The position numbers and the translations under genes were made by a program. From positions 1 through 60,408 of the IMG/VR virus record IMGVR_UViG_3300037245_001069: a stretch of DNA of 60,408 nt. The stretch is one strand, 5' to 3'. The notes below the pieces were generated by a model. The model did not search any database. It was not told where the DNA came from and saw only the letters and a program-made list of their open reading frames with translations. The stretch is from a virus (Duplodnaviria > Caudoviricetes). Of this stretch, positions 8,490 to 19,838 are shown piece after piece; position 1 is the stretch's first letter, and the number at the start of each line of letters is the position of its first letter.

Positions 8490-8879
8490 TCAGTTTATTT
8501 TATGATTATTTCTACCATTATACTCAACCAAAATATGAGGGTAATGCTCCTTTAGAAAGTCTTTCAAACTCTGTTTCTTTACAACTTCCTTTTTATTTCC
8601 GGTAACAATAAATACAGAATTATTATTCCCCTCTTCCATTTTCTCGTTTACGATCATTATCTCACCGTATTCAAGCAATTCACTTGTCCTTTTTTGAACT
8701 TGATTATAGGTAAGCCCCGATTCAACTGAAGCCTCCCTGATCGTTTTGGCAAAGAAATAAGAGTCCTTAACTATTTCTCGGTGGGTTTTCCTTCTCTCTT
8801 TGTTTTCAGGATCTAGATAAGCCTTAGTGCTAGCTGTAGTCATAGTTTTAAAATTTGTTTGTTCAAATATAAAACACAA
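8490..8879 (-). CDS. Winged-helix-like DNA-binding protein
   Basis: TIREAS..SGLTYNQVQKRTSEL. Confidence 0.55.
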   Translation of the reverse strand: MCFIFEQTNFKTMTTASTKAYLDPENKERRKTHREIVKDSYFFAKTIREASVESGLTYNQVQKRTSELLEYGEIMIVNEKMEEGNNNSVFIVTGNKKEVVKKQSLKDFLKEHYPHILVEYNGRNNHKIN

Positions 8880-9030
8880 AGGGTTAAGAATGAATATAAA
8901 TTAAAAGAACAATTTCAACTGCCTACCATTTAATTCATTCTGAGAACGGAACTTTCCATCTCCACATTTACAACAAACCGGTTCCTGATAATTCAAGTCC
9001 CAGTTCGTCATTAGTTCTACGCTGGTTAAT

Positions 9031-9387
9031 TTACTTTTGCATTTGTGGCATTTCATATTCTTCAACATTTATAAAAACAACATCTTCATTTTTAGTTTTA
9101 CGAGATGATACTTTTATACTTTCCACTATATCCCACTTATCATCTTCAAATATAATATCCTCAATCATTTTAACCATTGCAATACAATTGGAAGCATCTA
9201 ACGGGCGTTTCTTAAAGTAAAAGGCATATTCTACTTGATATGTTTTATCCTTACTGAAAACGTGCTTAAACTTACTTTTGACGATCAACTTATAAGTGTC
9301 CTTTATTGCCTTTCTTTTAGTCCAATGTTTTCCGGCATACCATTCATTAAGACTTATTTTGGGTAAATTTTTTAATGTAATCTGCAT
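9031..9387 (-). CDS. RusA-like Holliday junction resolvase
   Basis: ISLN, RPLDASN..K...D, EDD motifs. Confidence 0.75.
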   Translation of the reverse strand: MQITLKNLPKISLNEWYAGKHWTKRKAIKDTYKLIVKSKFKHVFSKDKTYQVEYAFYFKKRPLDASNCIAMVKMIEDIIFEDDKWDIVESIKVSSRKTKNEDVVFINVEEYEMPQMQK

Positions 9388-9631
9388 GAATTTCTTTTAA
9401 ATATTCTAAGTATTTTGTTTTGTCTCCGTAAAGTTCGTGTTCTTCCCTGGTCAATGCCATTAGATTCTCAATCCTATCTGCATTTTTAGAGCCACCCATT
9501 CCGCGAGCTTCAATATGATGAATATCTACGGCTGGGTCCCCTGATATCTCACTTACGCAATCGTGCCATCCACTTTGAGGATCGTAATCAACGCCAAAGG
9601 AATCGAAATATAATTTAGTGTGTTTCTGCAC
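9347..9631 (-). CDS. Small HNH-like nuclease
   Basis: DIHHI...RGMGGS...NLMALTREEH. Confidence 0.7.
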   Translation of the reverse strand: MQKHTKLYFDSFGVDYDPQSGWHDCVSEISGDPAVDIHHIEARGMGGSKNADRIENLMALTREEHELYGDKTKYLEYLKEIHADYIKKFTQNKS

Positions 9632-9651
9632 AGGTTCTTCTTTTAGGTGGT

Positions 9652-10116
9652 TTACGTTCCATCGGTCTTGTACTTTTTGTAACTGAATACTTGTGGCTTA
9701 ATGTCGTTTCTTCTAAGTATGGATGAAATCAAATTAATCTCCCCTTGATGGTTACAGTTTTGTTTTTCAGGTTCTTTTATAACTGATATTTTGCCTTTCT
9801 CATTCACGTAAAGCAATCCCCACCTTAAAGGTAGTTCAGACTCTTTAATGATTCCTTCATTGCAAATATAGCTCCGAAAGCCACCAAGCCCATGATCTGA
9901 ATTCTTTCGCCAATACTTCTTTTTGTCGGAAAGAAAATCAGATCGCGTTGCCTTTGCTTCTATAAGCTGGGTTGATCCGCTGTTCCATCCAAAAGCATCA
10001 GGACATTCACCAACTCTTTCAAGTTCGCAAACAGCATACGTGCATTTATTGAAAGGAACAATACCATTGCTTCTTAAATACCTTGCTGCCTTTATGCATA
10101 ATTCACGATGATTCAT
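9652..10116 (-). CDS. PD-(D/E)XK nuclease-like protein (MmcB-like)
   Basis: ECPDAFG...IEAKATRSDFLSD, ELP..WGL. Confidence 0.7.
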   Translation of the reverse strand: MNHRELCIKAARYLRSNGIVPFNKCTYAVCELERVGECPDAFGWNSGSTQLIEAKATRSDFLSDKKKYWRKNSDHGLGGFRSYICNEGIIKESELPLRWGLLYVNEKGKISVIKEPEKQNCNHQGEINLISSILRRNDIKPQVFSYKKYKTDGT

Positions 10117-10503
10117 AATCTATCTGTTACTATTTTAATATCATCATAAACCGGTTCCAACTTCTCTGCTTTCGGCTTAATACAGTATCCAACCAGTAAG
10201 TTGTAACCTGCCGGAAATTTCCAGTTAAACTTGCTGTCTTTAAAAATACTGAAGCCTGATTCGTTTGGTTTACTCATGGTGTATAAGGTTTGAATTTCTC
10301 ATTAGCAGTAAAAGAACAGTTAGAATAGTGAACTGAATCCATGTAGTGAATGTGAGTGGCGATTGAATCCTGAGTCTGTTTAAGCCCTTGCATAATTTCC
10401 ACTTGCTGCTTGTGATTAAATTCATTGGATATAAAAGTAATCCCTAATCCTATGACGATAAATAAAAGTACAATCGTAATATCGTTTCTTGTAGCGTAAT
10501 CTT

Positions 10504-10977
10504 TCATGATTCGTCTTTTAATTCTGGATAAATTTTATCAGCATCTAAAATCGTAAACAATACAGGATTTATTTTATTCGCGTATCTCAAGACAGGCTCA
10601 TAAGCATTTCTGTATTCTGAGTTAAATTCATGAAGTATGTTTTTAAGCTCATTCTTGCTACTTATTACCGATGGATGCCCTTTCATAAAGAAGTGTTCCG
10701 TTTCTTCTTGTGTGTACATTAAAGCGTAGTGCATGATAACCATACACACAAACCTTGGGTACGCATATATCCTTTTCCGGCTCTTTCTGTTTGCCATAAA
10801 TTCATCATAATCAACATTTCCGCATATACATGCTTCCTTAATTATGAAGTCTCTGTTCGATCTAATAGAATTTCTTTTAAATTCCATCTTTCTGATAGTG
10901 TCCACTGTTTTTTGCCTCTCTTTCATTTCTATATATGTCTGATGTAGTAATTTGAAAAATGTTATTAGTTTTTTCAT
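10504..10977 (-). CDS. DnaA C-terminal-like HTH protein
   Basis: SRKR.YAYPRF.CM...T..E...F...HPSVI pattern. Confidence 0.5.
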   Translation of the reverse strand: MKKLITFFKLLHQTYIEMKERQKTVDTIRKMEFKRNSIRSNRDFIIKEACICGNVDYDEFMANRKSRKRIYAYPRFVCMVIMHYALMYTQEETEHFFMKGHPSVISSKNELKNILHEFNSEYRNAYEPVLRYANKINPVLFTILDADKIYPELKDES

Positions 10978-10981
10978 AGTT

Positions 10982-11422
10982 TTAATCTAAATGTTTATTA
11001 ACAGACTGAAGCCCATTTAGCTCAGCCTTTATAGCTTCAATATTCGTTAAATTTGACTTGTATAAAGCCACTGCTGCCTCCATTTCGAACATCTCCTTAT
11101 AGCAATATCCTTCTGCCATTTTCCGAGCAGCAGAAGCAACCACATTACCAACTTCAATTCCGTCAATTTTATCAATCAATCCGTTCTTTAGTTTGATTTC
11201 AGTAATAGTTACTTTTTTAGCAAATTCTGAAATTGCTGTTGCTTTCTGAAGTGCAGATTGAAAAATAACAGAACGGGCAAGTCTCAACTCCTTTATTTTG
11301 TGGAGTATTTCTTCTTTGGTGTTGCCGTAATCGAAATTATCAACGGCAGCAGGAATTACAGGACGATCTTTTTCGCCTTGTAACTCCTTTGCTCTTACTT
11401 CTGCCCAAAATTCATCAGACAT
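10982..11422 (-). CDS. Hypothetical helical protein
   Basis: ORF translationally coupled to recT. Confidence 0.65.
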   Translation of the reverse strand: MSDEFWAEVRAKELQGEKDRPVIPAAVDNFDYGNTKEEILHKIKELRLARSVIFQSALQKATAISEFAKKVTITEIKLKNGLIDKIDGIEVGNVVASAARKMAEGYCYKEMFEMEAAVALYKSNLTNIEAIKAELNGLQSVNKHLD

Positions 11423-12552
11423 TATTTAACCTCCTCCGCTTCTTGAATATGATCATCTGCGGGACCATCATCAAGTAAATCTGATTTATGTTCTTGTTTT
11501 TTGGTCCAATCTTCAAATACTTCGTTGTCGTATTTTGCCTCGATTTCTAACGCCTTGATTTGATCGTCAGATAGTCCTGTTTTTGGCATGAATTTGAACG
11601 CCCAATTATAAACTGTTTTAAGAGCCATTTCGGTATAGTCTGAATCCCAAGGACAACCCTTGCCAGCCTTTACAGCTTCGGAACGGGCTTTGATTTCTTC
11701 AATTCTTTCTTTGGTCATCGTATCAAAAGATATGGCACCGTTGGATAATTTACAAACCCAATATCCACCCATTAATTCACCCCTGTCTCCCCATGATTGA
11801 GGGATATGTTTAATGCTTGGATTTGTGCCTTTATGAACCTCGAAAACATCCTTCTCGTACACCAATGTAGCATAAGAATCTTTAACATGCCCTGTACGGT
11901 TTACGATTTCCCTCTTACCCATATAAGAAGATGTAAAATAAATCTTCCCTTTTCTTGGAACTAAATACCCAAGTTTTAATTCAGGGTTCAAGGTAAGTCC
12001 AGTCAGTGCAATATTTTTAACTGCTTCCACAAGATATTCGGGATAATTTCTAGCACAGCTAATTAAATAATCCTTAGCCATCAAGTGCTGAACAGCAAAA
12101 TTAATCTCTTTGGCGAATTGCTGCTCTGTTCCTCCTGCGGCTAAGAATGCTTTTTTTGGAGAAACTAAAACTGTTCCAAGTCCGGCATCAATAAGTTTAC
12201 GAGGCAATGCAGGTGCAGCGATGGGCACAGGAACTTGTACTTTAGGCGCGGTAGTATCTTCCTTTTTAACAACAGGCTCTTTTTTAACCTGAACCTTAGC
12301 CTTCTCTTTTGGCGGCTCATTCTTTTTGACTGCCGGAGTTTTATCTTCCGAGCCAAATTTAATGTAAGCCTTTTCGAATCCTACAGGATGTGCCTTTTCG
12401 TGCGATCTCATGGTTGCTACGAATAAAGCATCATTCATTTTGTCAAGTTCAGGCATTGTGAATTTTACCCCTTTCGGACAGCCTACGCATTCGAATCCAT
12501 CACCATTGAATTTGAATCCAAGGTCTTCTAGTAATTGTTCTTTTTTAATCAT
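11422..12552 (-). CDS. recT: RecT-family single-strand annealing protein
   Basis: GLTLNP...YLVP, SYMG, VYEKD.F, PW.SDY.EMALKT. Confidence 0.88.
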   Translation of the reverse strand: MIKKEQLLEDLGFKFNGDGFECVGCPKGVKFTMPELDKMNDALFVATMRSHEKAHPVGFEKAYIKFGSEDKTPAVKKNEPPKEKAKVQVKKEPVVKKEDTTAPKVQVPVPIAAPALPRKLIDAGLGTVLVSPKKAFLAAGGTEQQFAKEINFAVQHLMAKDYLISCARNYPEYLVEAVKNIALTGLTLNPELKLGYLVPRKGKIYFTSSYMGKREIVNRTGHVKDSYATLVYEKDVFEVHKGTNPSIKHIPQSWGDRGELMGGYWVCKLSNGAISFDTMTKERIEEIKARSEAVKAGKGCPWDSDYTEMALKTVYNWAFKFMPKTGLSDDQIKALEIEAKYDNEVFEDWTKKQEHKSDLLDDGPADDHIQEAEEVK

Positions 12553-12553
12553 T

Positions 12554-13558
12554 TTATTTATCGTTATAAAAATTCATTTCTTCATTCTTTTTCCATCCCG
12601 GAACTTCAGGGAACATAACCCTGTGCCCTTTCCAGTCAGGCTCAATAAAAACAGAAGCGCCTGGATAAGAATCATTTTCCTTACACGAAATATGTTGAGC
12701 TAAAAGTTGTTGAAACTTCAAAGCCCCATGTTTGGGAAGAATGATCTGACCTCCTTTTTCATCTGTCTCGTCAGATACTTCATAAGCCCAATTGTTGGCA
12801 GATACTAAAACTGCATCATAGGGCTTGCTCTTTTGTTGAAACACCCAATAAAAAGGCTTCCAAACTCCGGTAATTTGATGTTCGAAAAACTGATAAAAAG
12901 CTGCTGAAATATCATACTTGAATTTTACTATCAATTTAGCAATATTCGATTCATGTAATTCAGTTTCAACAGTAGTTTTCCAATCAATAATCTTCTTTTT
13001 TGTGGCTAAATCTTTCCTGTATTTGAATCGGTGTCCTTTGTATTCACAAAAACAAGATTGTTCAGCTTCGCCCCATTTCATAAATTGTCGAATAGTCTTA
13101 GAATAATGTTGATTATGGTACAAAAGCTCATTGATCATTTCCTTAGCCATTGCAATCTCATTGTGAGAAGTTGTTTCTTTACCTGGATTATTCGCCTTGG
13201 CTTCTTCGTAGGCTTCCATGTACTTATTAGAAGCAATTCCATAAGCATTGCCTGTTTTTGGGTTCAAAGGAGCATCAAAAACAAACCAATCTCTATTGAA
13301 CCCATCTAGATTTCCATTATTAACCATAGATGCCAACATATCATGGTAAACAGAACCCTCCATCGCTGCTTTTAAGCTGATTTTAGACTCACTTGGATTA
13401 TCCTGAAGGTATTTGTACCACTTAGGAGAAGTAAGGTAATATTTTAGCTTCGTAGAGCTAATGAACTCAGAATATTTCTCTCCATTATGATATTCATCGT
13501 TAGGAATTTCATCTGGTTTGGAAATATAGGGTAAGGTATGTGGATATAAATTACTCAT
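12554..13558 (-). CDS. RecE/ExoVIII-like PD-(D/E)XK exonuclease
   Basis: NDEYH, ISST.LK, GS.YH, IIDWKTT, Y..SAAFY; adjacent to recT. Confidence 0.8.
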   Translation of the reverse strand: MSNLYPHTLPYISKPDEIPNDEYHNGEKYSEFISSTKLKYYLTSPKWYKYLQDNPSESKISLKAAMEGSVYHDMLASMVNNGNLDGFNRDWFVFDAPLNPKTGNAYGIASNKYMEAYEEAKANNPGKETTSHNEIAMAKEMINELLYHNQHYSKTIRQFMKWGEAEQSCFCEYKGHRFKYRKDLATKKKIIDWKTTVETELHESNIAKLIVKFKYDISAAFYQFFEHQITGVWKPFYWVFQQKSKPYDAVLVSANNWAYEVSDETDEKGGQIILPKHGALKFQQLLAQHISCKENDSYPGASVFIEPDWKGHRVMFPEVPGWKKNEEMNFYNDK

Positions 13559-13854
13559 GATCTTATAGATTCTTCAATAATTTTAACATCTACGAATGAT
13601 ATATATTTTGGATCACCATCTTCATGCTGAATTTCAGCTTTATGTATGTCCATATTCTGAGATTCAAGATCGCGTCCAGTATCAAAGGATTTATAAACAT
13701 TTCCTTCAATATGGACAAAGCAATCTTCAAACTCAAAATCAAAACTAGAATAGCCATACCAATGAGTATCGTAGGTTGTATCAAACCCTTTCATCTCCAT
13801 TTTTTCGATGGCTGATTCTAATTCTGCTATTAAGTTATTTAGGCTGTAATTCAT
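13555..13854 (-). CDS. Hypothetical protein
   Basis: Coupled ORF in the operon. Confidence 0.6.
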   Translation of the reverse strand: MNYSLNNLIAELESAIEKMEMKGFDTTYDTHWYGYSSFDFEFEDCFVHIEGNVYKSFDTGRDLESQNMDIHKAEIQHEDGDPKYISFVDVKIIEESIRS

Positions 13855-15416
13855 TACACAGTCAGTGTTGAGACCAATTCGTTTAATTCATGAACATCTT
13901 TGTTGTTCTTTAATTTATGAATACCTGAATCAATGTACTCATTCATTTCGATCTGGGAAAGTAGTTTTTTAACCTTAGCCAATAAGCCCGGTGCCGCTGC
14001 AATTAGTCTTGCATGTTTCACATTACCTATGCTTTCACAAATTAAGTAACCGCCATAGTATTCTATTTCTTCATCCTTGCTTTCCTCGGCATTAGGTGGT
14101 GATGGGAAATTTGTGTTTTTGATTTTAGTATCAGAAACAACAGTTGATTTGTGCTTCCCTATTTTCCATTGCATTGTATTTTCTACAAATTCACCATCAA
14201 TTACCTCTTCTTTCTCAATAACTGGAATAGGCTCAACTACGGTAGGTTTAAATTCACCAATAATAGGCTCTTTTTTAGCAGCAGTAATTCCTTCGGCATA
14301 TTCAACTTTCGGAGTAGGAACAGCCGGACTCTCAACAGGAACTTCTTCGAAATCAACCGTAATTAATGTCTCTAAAATAGCAATCAAGTTATTTTTAAAT
14401 GTATCAAATTCAACATCAGTCAAATCTTCAATCATTTTTTCCGGATAGTCATTTGCTTGAATTTTAGCCGCCCATTCCAGATCATCAATACCAGCTGCCA
14501 ATAAAATATCAAGTCTTTTTGAAGCAAGCTCTTCTTTGACTTTTTTAGCTGCCTTTTCCTCTTCTCGTTTCTGCTTGGCAAAGTCGGCAAGTTCTTTTTG
14601 CTTTGCCTCAATCAATTTTTCTAACTCCTGCGCATCTGAGCCTTCCACGTAATTTCCACCAAGAAGGATGTATTTGTTTTTAAGCAAAACTAGATACTTG
14701 TCGTAGGCGATTTGCTTTGTTTCCTTCAAGATTAATTCAATATCATCTTCGCCTGTCCATTCTCTTTTTGCTTCAATAAGATATTCGTCTTTTGCATTAT
14801 TAATTACAAACCGCTTTTCAGCCTCAATAGCATCCTCAATACGAGTACGGGCAATATTAATATCAAGATGAATGCCGGAAATAGTAGTTTCACAGGCTAT
14901 TTTTAAGTCGCCAAATTCTTCTTCTGTAACTTCAAAAGCATTAAGTTTTGATTCAATCTCAGAAATTTGCTCAGGTGTAGATGCCTGAATTAAAAGAGAG
15001 CTAAATTCCCTTTGAATCTTATTGATATTCTCAGTTCTTTCAGCAAGTAATCGAGCTTTCTCAGCTTCCTTCTCAGCTTTGATACGTGCTTTTTCAGCAT
15101 TTACGCGATCAACTCCTTTTTGGATATAAGTTTCAGTATCAGAGAGTAATTCGATAAGGCTATTCCCATTAGCCTCCATTACTTTTTTACCGGCATTAAG
15201 GATTTCTTTATTCCCTTTGATAATTCTCTGGATTTCGTAACGCTTTTGCTTTACTTCAGACAGTGCCTTTTCGGACTCCTTGACTGTCTCCTTGGTGATA
15301 ACAAGATTTTTATACTTATCCACCATTTTAACTAAATCAGACTTTTTGATCTCATTGCAATTGTCTAATTCAACTACCTGCTTTTTAGGTAGATTTTTTG
15401 CAGTTTGTTTTGCCAT
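13854..15416 (-). CDS. Long coiled-coil protein with C-terminal ARLIAAAP domain
   Basis: 520-aa E/K-rich ORF upstream of the recombination genes. Confidence 0.7.
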   Translation of the reverse strand: MAKQTAKNLPKKQVVELDNCNEIKKSDLVKMVDKYKNLVITKETVKESEKALSEVKQKRYEIQRIIKGNKEILNAGKKVMEANGNSLIELLSDTETYIQKGVDRVNAEKARIKAEKEAEKARLLAERTENINKIQREFSSLLIQASTPEQISEIESKLNAFEVTEEEFGDLKIACETTISGIHLDINIARTRIEDAIEAEKRFVINNAKDEYLIEAKREWTGEDDIELILKETKQIAYDKYLVLLKNKYILLGGNYVEGSDAQELEKLIEAKQKELADFAKQKREEEKAAKKVKEELASKRLDILLAAGIDDLEWAAKIQANDYPEKMIEDLTDVEFDTFKNNLIAILETLITVDFEEVPVESPAVPTPKVEYAEGITAAKKEPIIGEFKPTVVEPIPVIEKEEVIDGEFVENTMQWKIGKHKSTVVSDTKIKNTNFPSPPNAEESKDEEIEYYGGYLICESIGNVKHARLIAAAPGLLAKVKKLLSQIEMNEYIDSGIHKLKNNKDVHELNELVSTLTV

Positions 15417-15426
15417 TGTAATTTAT

Positions 15427-15957
15427 TTATTTGGTTTTTAATCCTTTTTCAATTTCTTCGATGATGACAGTTCCGGTTATGTCTGCCCTAAATTGCAATG
15501 AGTTGTCACGGATATTAAATTTCTCCAACCATGCGGATCTTACCGCATTATTATATCTCTCTTTTATCGACAAAACTAATTTATCTTTTAGTTTAGCTAT
15601 TTCAGAATTTAATTTACCCTGCTCGTCATCAAGATCTCTCCATTCATTTCTTAATTCTTCAGGGAATTGATCGAGAGTTAATGAGCTCTCTATTCTAGAT
15701 ATTTTAACAGTGGAGAGTTTCTTTACTTCTGAAACTTTAACAACCTTAAATTCAGGCTTATTAATGTCCGTTGAGATAATAACATTCTGGACAACAGTTG
15801 CGCTTACTGCAAACCCTTTGTATTGATTCCTAAAGTAGTTTTCAACTTCGTATTGCTGGAAGATTTTATCGCACCCTATTACAAAATGATGTTGTACTTG
15901 AAGATTTCCGGCTCTAGTATGATTGCCGATTTCAATGTTGTAAAATGATTTTTCCAT
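15427..15957 (-). CDS. Hypothetical protein
   Basis: ORF with A-rich leader. Confidence 0.65.
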   Translation of the reverse strand: MEKSFYNIEIGNHTRAGNLQVQHHFVIGCDKIFQQYEVENYFRNQYKGFAVSATVVQNVIISTDINKPEFKVVKVSEVKKLSTVKISRIESSLTLDQFPEELRNEWRDLDDEQGKLNSEIAKLKDKLVLSIKERYNNAVRSAWLEKFNIRDNSLQFRADITGTVIIEEIEKGLKTK

Positions 15958-16308
15958 GATATTTATTTGGTTTAAAATGTATTCAGTTTTTAGTATATAA
16001 TTATAAGTCCGTCTATAATATCAAATCTATTGCCAAATGGTAGTTTAATAACAGTTCTGTCATTGGCTGCCAATATGTGTATTTCTGTTTTCGGTTTCGT
16101 ATTTATCAATATCTCGTTTGGCGTTTCTTCGTTTGCCAAATCTTTTAGTTGGTGTAAGTTTATTTGTCTTGCCATTTTATTTAATTTTGTGGTTTTAAAG
16201 AAGAACAGGGAGGAAAACCAAACCAATAAACACACATGAAAACAAACCCCAAAAAACCTCCCTGTTCAATATTTTATAAAGTTATCAACAATCAAATATA
16301 GTATTTAC

Positions 16309-16773
16309 CTAAGACTTTGCAAACGATTTATCATTGATTTTTTTGATACGAATTGCCTCTCTCTTAGATTTTTCCAATAACTCCTTCCGTTTTTTATTTC
16401 TGGAAACTTTTGCGTACCTGTTTTTGTAGATATTCACGTAAGCCCGCCTCAAAGCATTAAAAGCCATGTTTACCTCAACTGCGTATTTTTCAGGGATATT
16501 ATTTCTGCAAATATTACCAGGCTTCCCAGTCAGTACAGTTGACAATTCTCTAAAATTAAGCGTTGCCCATGCTTTTTTATCGAAATGATCCATCGGTTTA
16601 CCTTCGCCATTTTCGTCAATATGAATGCCTACTTTAGTAGCTTCAAGGCATACTAAAGCCAGTTGTTTTGTTGCAGCATCTATTGTAGCTTGGTGCCTTT
16701 GTCCCTCGAACATGAATTTGCGTTGGAGCATTAGCCGTTCATACGTCGTGTATCTTACTCGTTTGTCTTTCAT
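16309..16773 (-). CDS. Hypothetical basic protein
   Basis: 154-aa ORF. Confidence 0.6.
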   Translation of the reverse strand: MKDKRVRYTTYERLMLQRKFMFEGQRHQATIDAATKQLALVCLEATKVGIHIDENGEGKPMDHFDKKAWATLNFRELSTVLTGKPGNICRNNIPEKYAVEVNMAFNALRRAYVNIYKNRYAKVSRNKKRKELLEKSKREAIRIKKINDKSFAKS

Positions 16774-16939
16774 TAGTTTAATTTAAAGCCCCAAAATTCA
16801 TTCACCCAGCTATCTCGTATTTCCTGAGCGTGAGCATCACTCAAAGCGTAGGTTTCCTTCAGTATTTTATCACCTCGTTTTTTAGTAACAAGGATGCCTT
16901 TTTTATCGGTCGTTATTTCGAATAGTGTTAGCATCGTTT

Positions 16940-17134
16940 TTAAAATAAGTCGTTAATAAGTGCATCGTGTACAAAATCAGAATGATTCTCATTAATAAAA
17001 TCAATCTCATCTTCAGTTAATTCTCTGTCTCTGTAATCTCCAGAAGAAATTATAGCATCCGAAAAATCAGGCCAATCATTTCCGTTAACCTGATCAAATA
17101 CTAGGTTACTTACTTGCTTTAAATCTATTATCAT
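16940..17134 (-). CDS. Small acidic phage protein (DWPDFSDA)
   Basis: ORF with a motif common in small phage proteins. Confidence 0.65.
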   Translation of the reverse strand: MIIDLKQVSNLVFDQVNGNDWPDFSDAIISSGDYRDRELTEDEIDFINENHSDFVHDALINDLF

Positions 17135-17360
17135 TGTTTTTTATGATTTAGTTTTTTAGAATCCAAATATCAATTTACTAATCAATCCCAGAACCGGAAG
17201 CCCAACCACCAAAAACAAAATAAATACTATTGCTTTTTTACGGTCGGCATCAGTGATTTTTTTACAAGGTATCTTGGCCGTAGCTTCGTAGCGATCACGG
17301 CTGTTTAATTCTGATTTTTTACGTTTTTTCATGACTTGTTTTTATGATTAAAATTAAATA

Positions 17361-17430
17361 GTGGTAAGCTCCAGAATCGAACTGAAATTCATTGAGTTTT
17401 TTAGACTCAAATTAGCCGCCAAGCCGAACC
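17361..17430 (-). ncRNA. Degenerate tRNA-like element
   Basis: T-arm TTCAG-TTCGATT-CTGGA; anticodon-like arm TTGAGT-CTAAAAA-ACTCAA; weak acceptor and D arms. Confidence 0.45.
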
Positions 17431-18344
17431 TATTTTTTAGAGGTTAGTTTATGTTTTTTGTAGATAAAGGAATCCAAAGATTTTTATATTTAAAACATTT
17501 CCCCTTGCAATACCTATCAGCTTCGTTTTTTGTGGCAATTATTGAATCAAAATCAACATCAAATAAAACACCCCAAAGAACAGGACTAATAAACTTAGCA
17601 TTTTTTGTAGCAAGAATTGAGCAGATTAATTTATGTGCTTCGTCTTTTTGCTTTGGAGTTAATTGAGAGAAATAGCGAAGATTGCACTTTTCCATGGCAT
17701 TTTTTACTTTATTCATAATCGGTTTTTTACATCGTTTTAGCACTTTTTACAACAACTCCAATACAATTACCCCAAGAACAAAGAAAAGCCAGCACAGTCA
17801 ATTGCGTACACCACTGAGGGGGGTTTTTTAGTAAGAAGATAGCCACGCATAGGGCGGCCATTATTAAGAATGAGATTATTAGTTTTTTCATGGTAGTTTT
17901 TTAAGATCTTACTTTGTTTTTTATAGAAAATACAGCCACCTGGTAAGCCAAACTCAAAGGCAAAGGAGCCGCTTTCCTTTCCGGAGAATCAAATTCTTTA
18001 CCAAACACTTTTTTATATGTGGCTCTCATTTCGGCGCTGGTTGGTTTTTTTATGGTTATTTGCATGGCTTAAATTTTGAATTCTTTCTTCGTTGCATTCT
18101 CTGAAAATCTGATTATTTTATTAGCATTCATTTTGCGCGCGTACTCCCTTGAACCCTCAAGGTTGGTTCCATCAGCTATTTTATAGCCGTTTTTGTAGAT
18201 GTTGTAAGAATAATTCATAGCTCAATATTTAAAGTTTTTACCTACCAAACCCCGCAACTAGGAAGTTACGGGGCAAATAGAATGTAATGTTTAATAAATT
18301 AGATACGTCTCATTTTTTACCTCCTTTCTTTTGGTTAGTTTTTA

Positions 18345-18602
18345 TTATTTTAATATCTCCAAAAAGTACTCAATTGCAGAATGAACGTAAATGTAATGAG
18401 TATTTGTTTTTTGTGATTGAGATTCATAAGGGTTATTAAAATCTAATGCCAGAGCGTTGTACAAATCAGGAATTTTATTTTTTATAAGCTTCCTTATTTT
18501 TGAACCATTGGCTTTTTTAGATCCGTTCATTAACTCATCCCATTTCAGTTCTGAGATATCGCAACAAGCGCACTCCAGTTGAATATTTTCATTATAATTC
18601 AT
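18345..18602 (-). CDS. Hypothetical early protein, likely start MNYNENI
   Basis: Start follows a leader motif; HSAIEYF C-terminus. Confidence 0.6.
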   Translation of the reverse strand: MNYNENIQLECACCDISELKWDELMNGSKKANGSKIRKLIKNKIPDLYNALALDFNNPYESQSQKTNTHYIYVHSAIEYFLEILK

Positions 18603-18678
18603 ATCAATTAATTTAGTAACGTTTTGCACCCACGAAGCCGGGGCCATTGACGGCACCGGCGGAGGGCTGGAGATGTTT

Positions 18679-18975
18679 TTATTCAATATGTAAATATTTG
18701 CAATAAATAAACTTTTGGCCGTTAATTAACTTTGATATTACTGTATGGTGCCCGTCAATGAGTATGTAACGACCTAGATAAAACAAAACGTAAGGAATAG
18801 TTAACTGCTTATTTTTTAGCTTATATTCCAATACTTCAGAATCAATATATTTCTGGTTTGGGTGTAAATCGCTTATTTTTACCCGCTTATTTTCTTTGAA
18901 ATCATTTTGACCAACACCGTTTTTTATGTGGTGTTCGTTCAAATCTTTTAAATATTTTGATGTTTCGATTTGCAT
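18679..18975 (-). CDS. ParB/Srx-like domain protein
   Basis: ISDLHPNQ...YILIDGHH. Confidence 0.6.
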   Translation of the reverse strand: MQIETSKYLKDLNEHHIKNGVGQNDFKENKRVKISDLHPNQKYIDSEVLEYKLKNKQLTIPYVLFYLGRYILIDGHHTVISKLINGQKFIYCKYLHIE

Positions 18976-19147
18976 AATTTAGTTTATAAAATATTAAGCA
19001 TATTATCATTATGCACCCGGTGCGCGTCTTCCATAATTAAATGATTCAATCTGATTAATTCGCTTTTATCATTGTCTGACAAATGGTAAGCGTTTTTATA
19101 CTGGTTTAACAATATAAAATACTCTTTTCTTTCTTCTTCATTCATGG

Positions 19148-19777
19148 CTAAATTGTATTTAATTCAATAAAATATTCCTTATTCACTTGCGATAGTTTGT
19201 AATAAACTTTTTCGCCTTCAGTGGTATGTTTTACGGGCTCTGAACAATAAAAACAACCTTTCCCATAAATGGGCGGCAAGCATTCCAAAAAATGCCAGTA
19301 AATAGACTCACCTACTTTAAAGGATTCACCTAGTTTTTTATTGTTTAAATCGAGTTTTTTAAATAGTTTCCATTCAATTTCACTTTGCATATCTGCCTCA
19401 AAGTTTTCACGAATTCTAGTTTTCTGGTCGGTGCCTTCCATCGGTAGGATTAAATTTAAGCCCTCATCATAATAGTCAGCTCCTTCGCAGCATCCAGGTG
19501 AAGAGCAGCAATTGTACCCGGTTAAGTATCTATGTGGCTCATTTCTGAATTCATGGTAAAAATCAAAGCTAATACATAGGACTCGCACACCGTCAAAGGC
19601 TCGAATATTTCTATTTTCTTGAATAGGTTCAAATTTATGAAAGTCTAAATCTTTTTTATTGAATTGACTACACAAGGCCAATTGGTCATAATTAAAAACA
19701 AAATTGCAATTAAATTTTGCCTTCATTTCTTCAATTGTTTGCGCGTATTCTTTTTGATAGTCTTTTGTTGTTTTCAT
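19148..19777 (-). CDS. Hypothetical early protein with DUF1419-like C-terminus
   Basis: YWHFLECLPP...FYCSEP. Confidence 0.55.
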   Translation of the reverse strand: MKTTKDYQKEYAQTIEEMKAKFNCNFVFNYDQLALCSQFNKKDLDFHKFEPIQENRNIRAFDGVRVLCISFDFYHEFRNEPHRYLTGYNCCSSPGCCEGADYYDEGLNLILPMEGTDQKTRIRENFEADMQSEIEWKLFKKLDLNNKKLGESFKVGESIYWHFLECLPPIYGKGCFYCSEPVKHTTEGEKVYYKLSQVNKEYFIELNTI

Positions 19778-19838
19778 GTTTTTTACTTTTGTTTTTTACC
19801 ACCGAAACCGGCCCCGTTTTAATGGTGGCCGGTTAAGG

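Noticed and set aside
17361-17430. Functional tRNA-Phe(AAA)
   Set aside because: Acceptor stem is mismatched, the D arm is reduced, and AAA is not a normal bacterial Phe anticodon; kept only as tRNA-like
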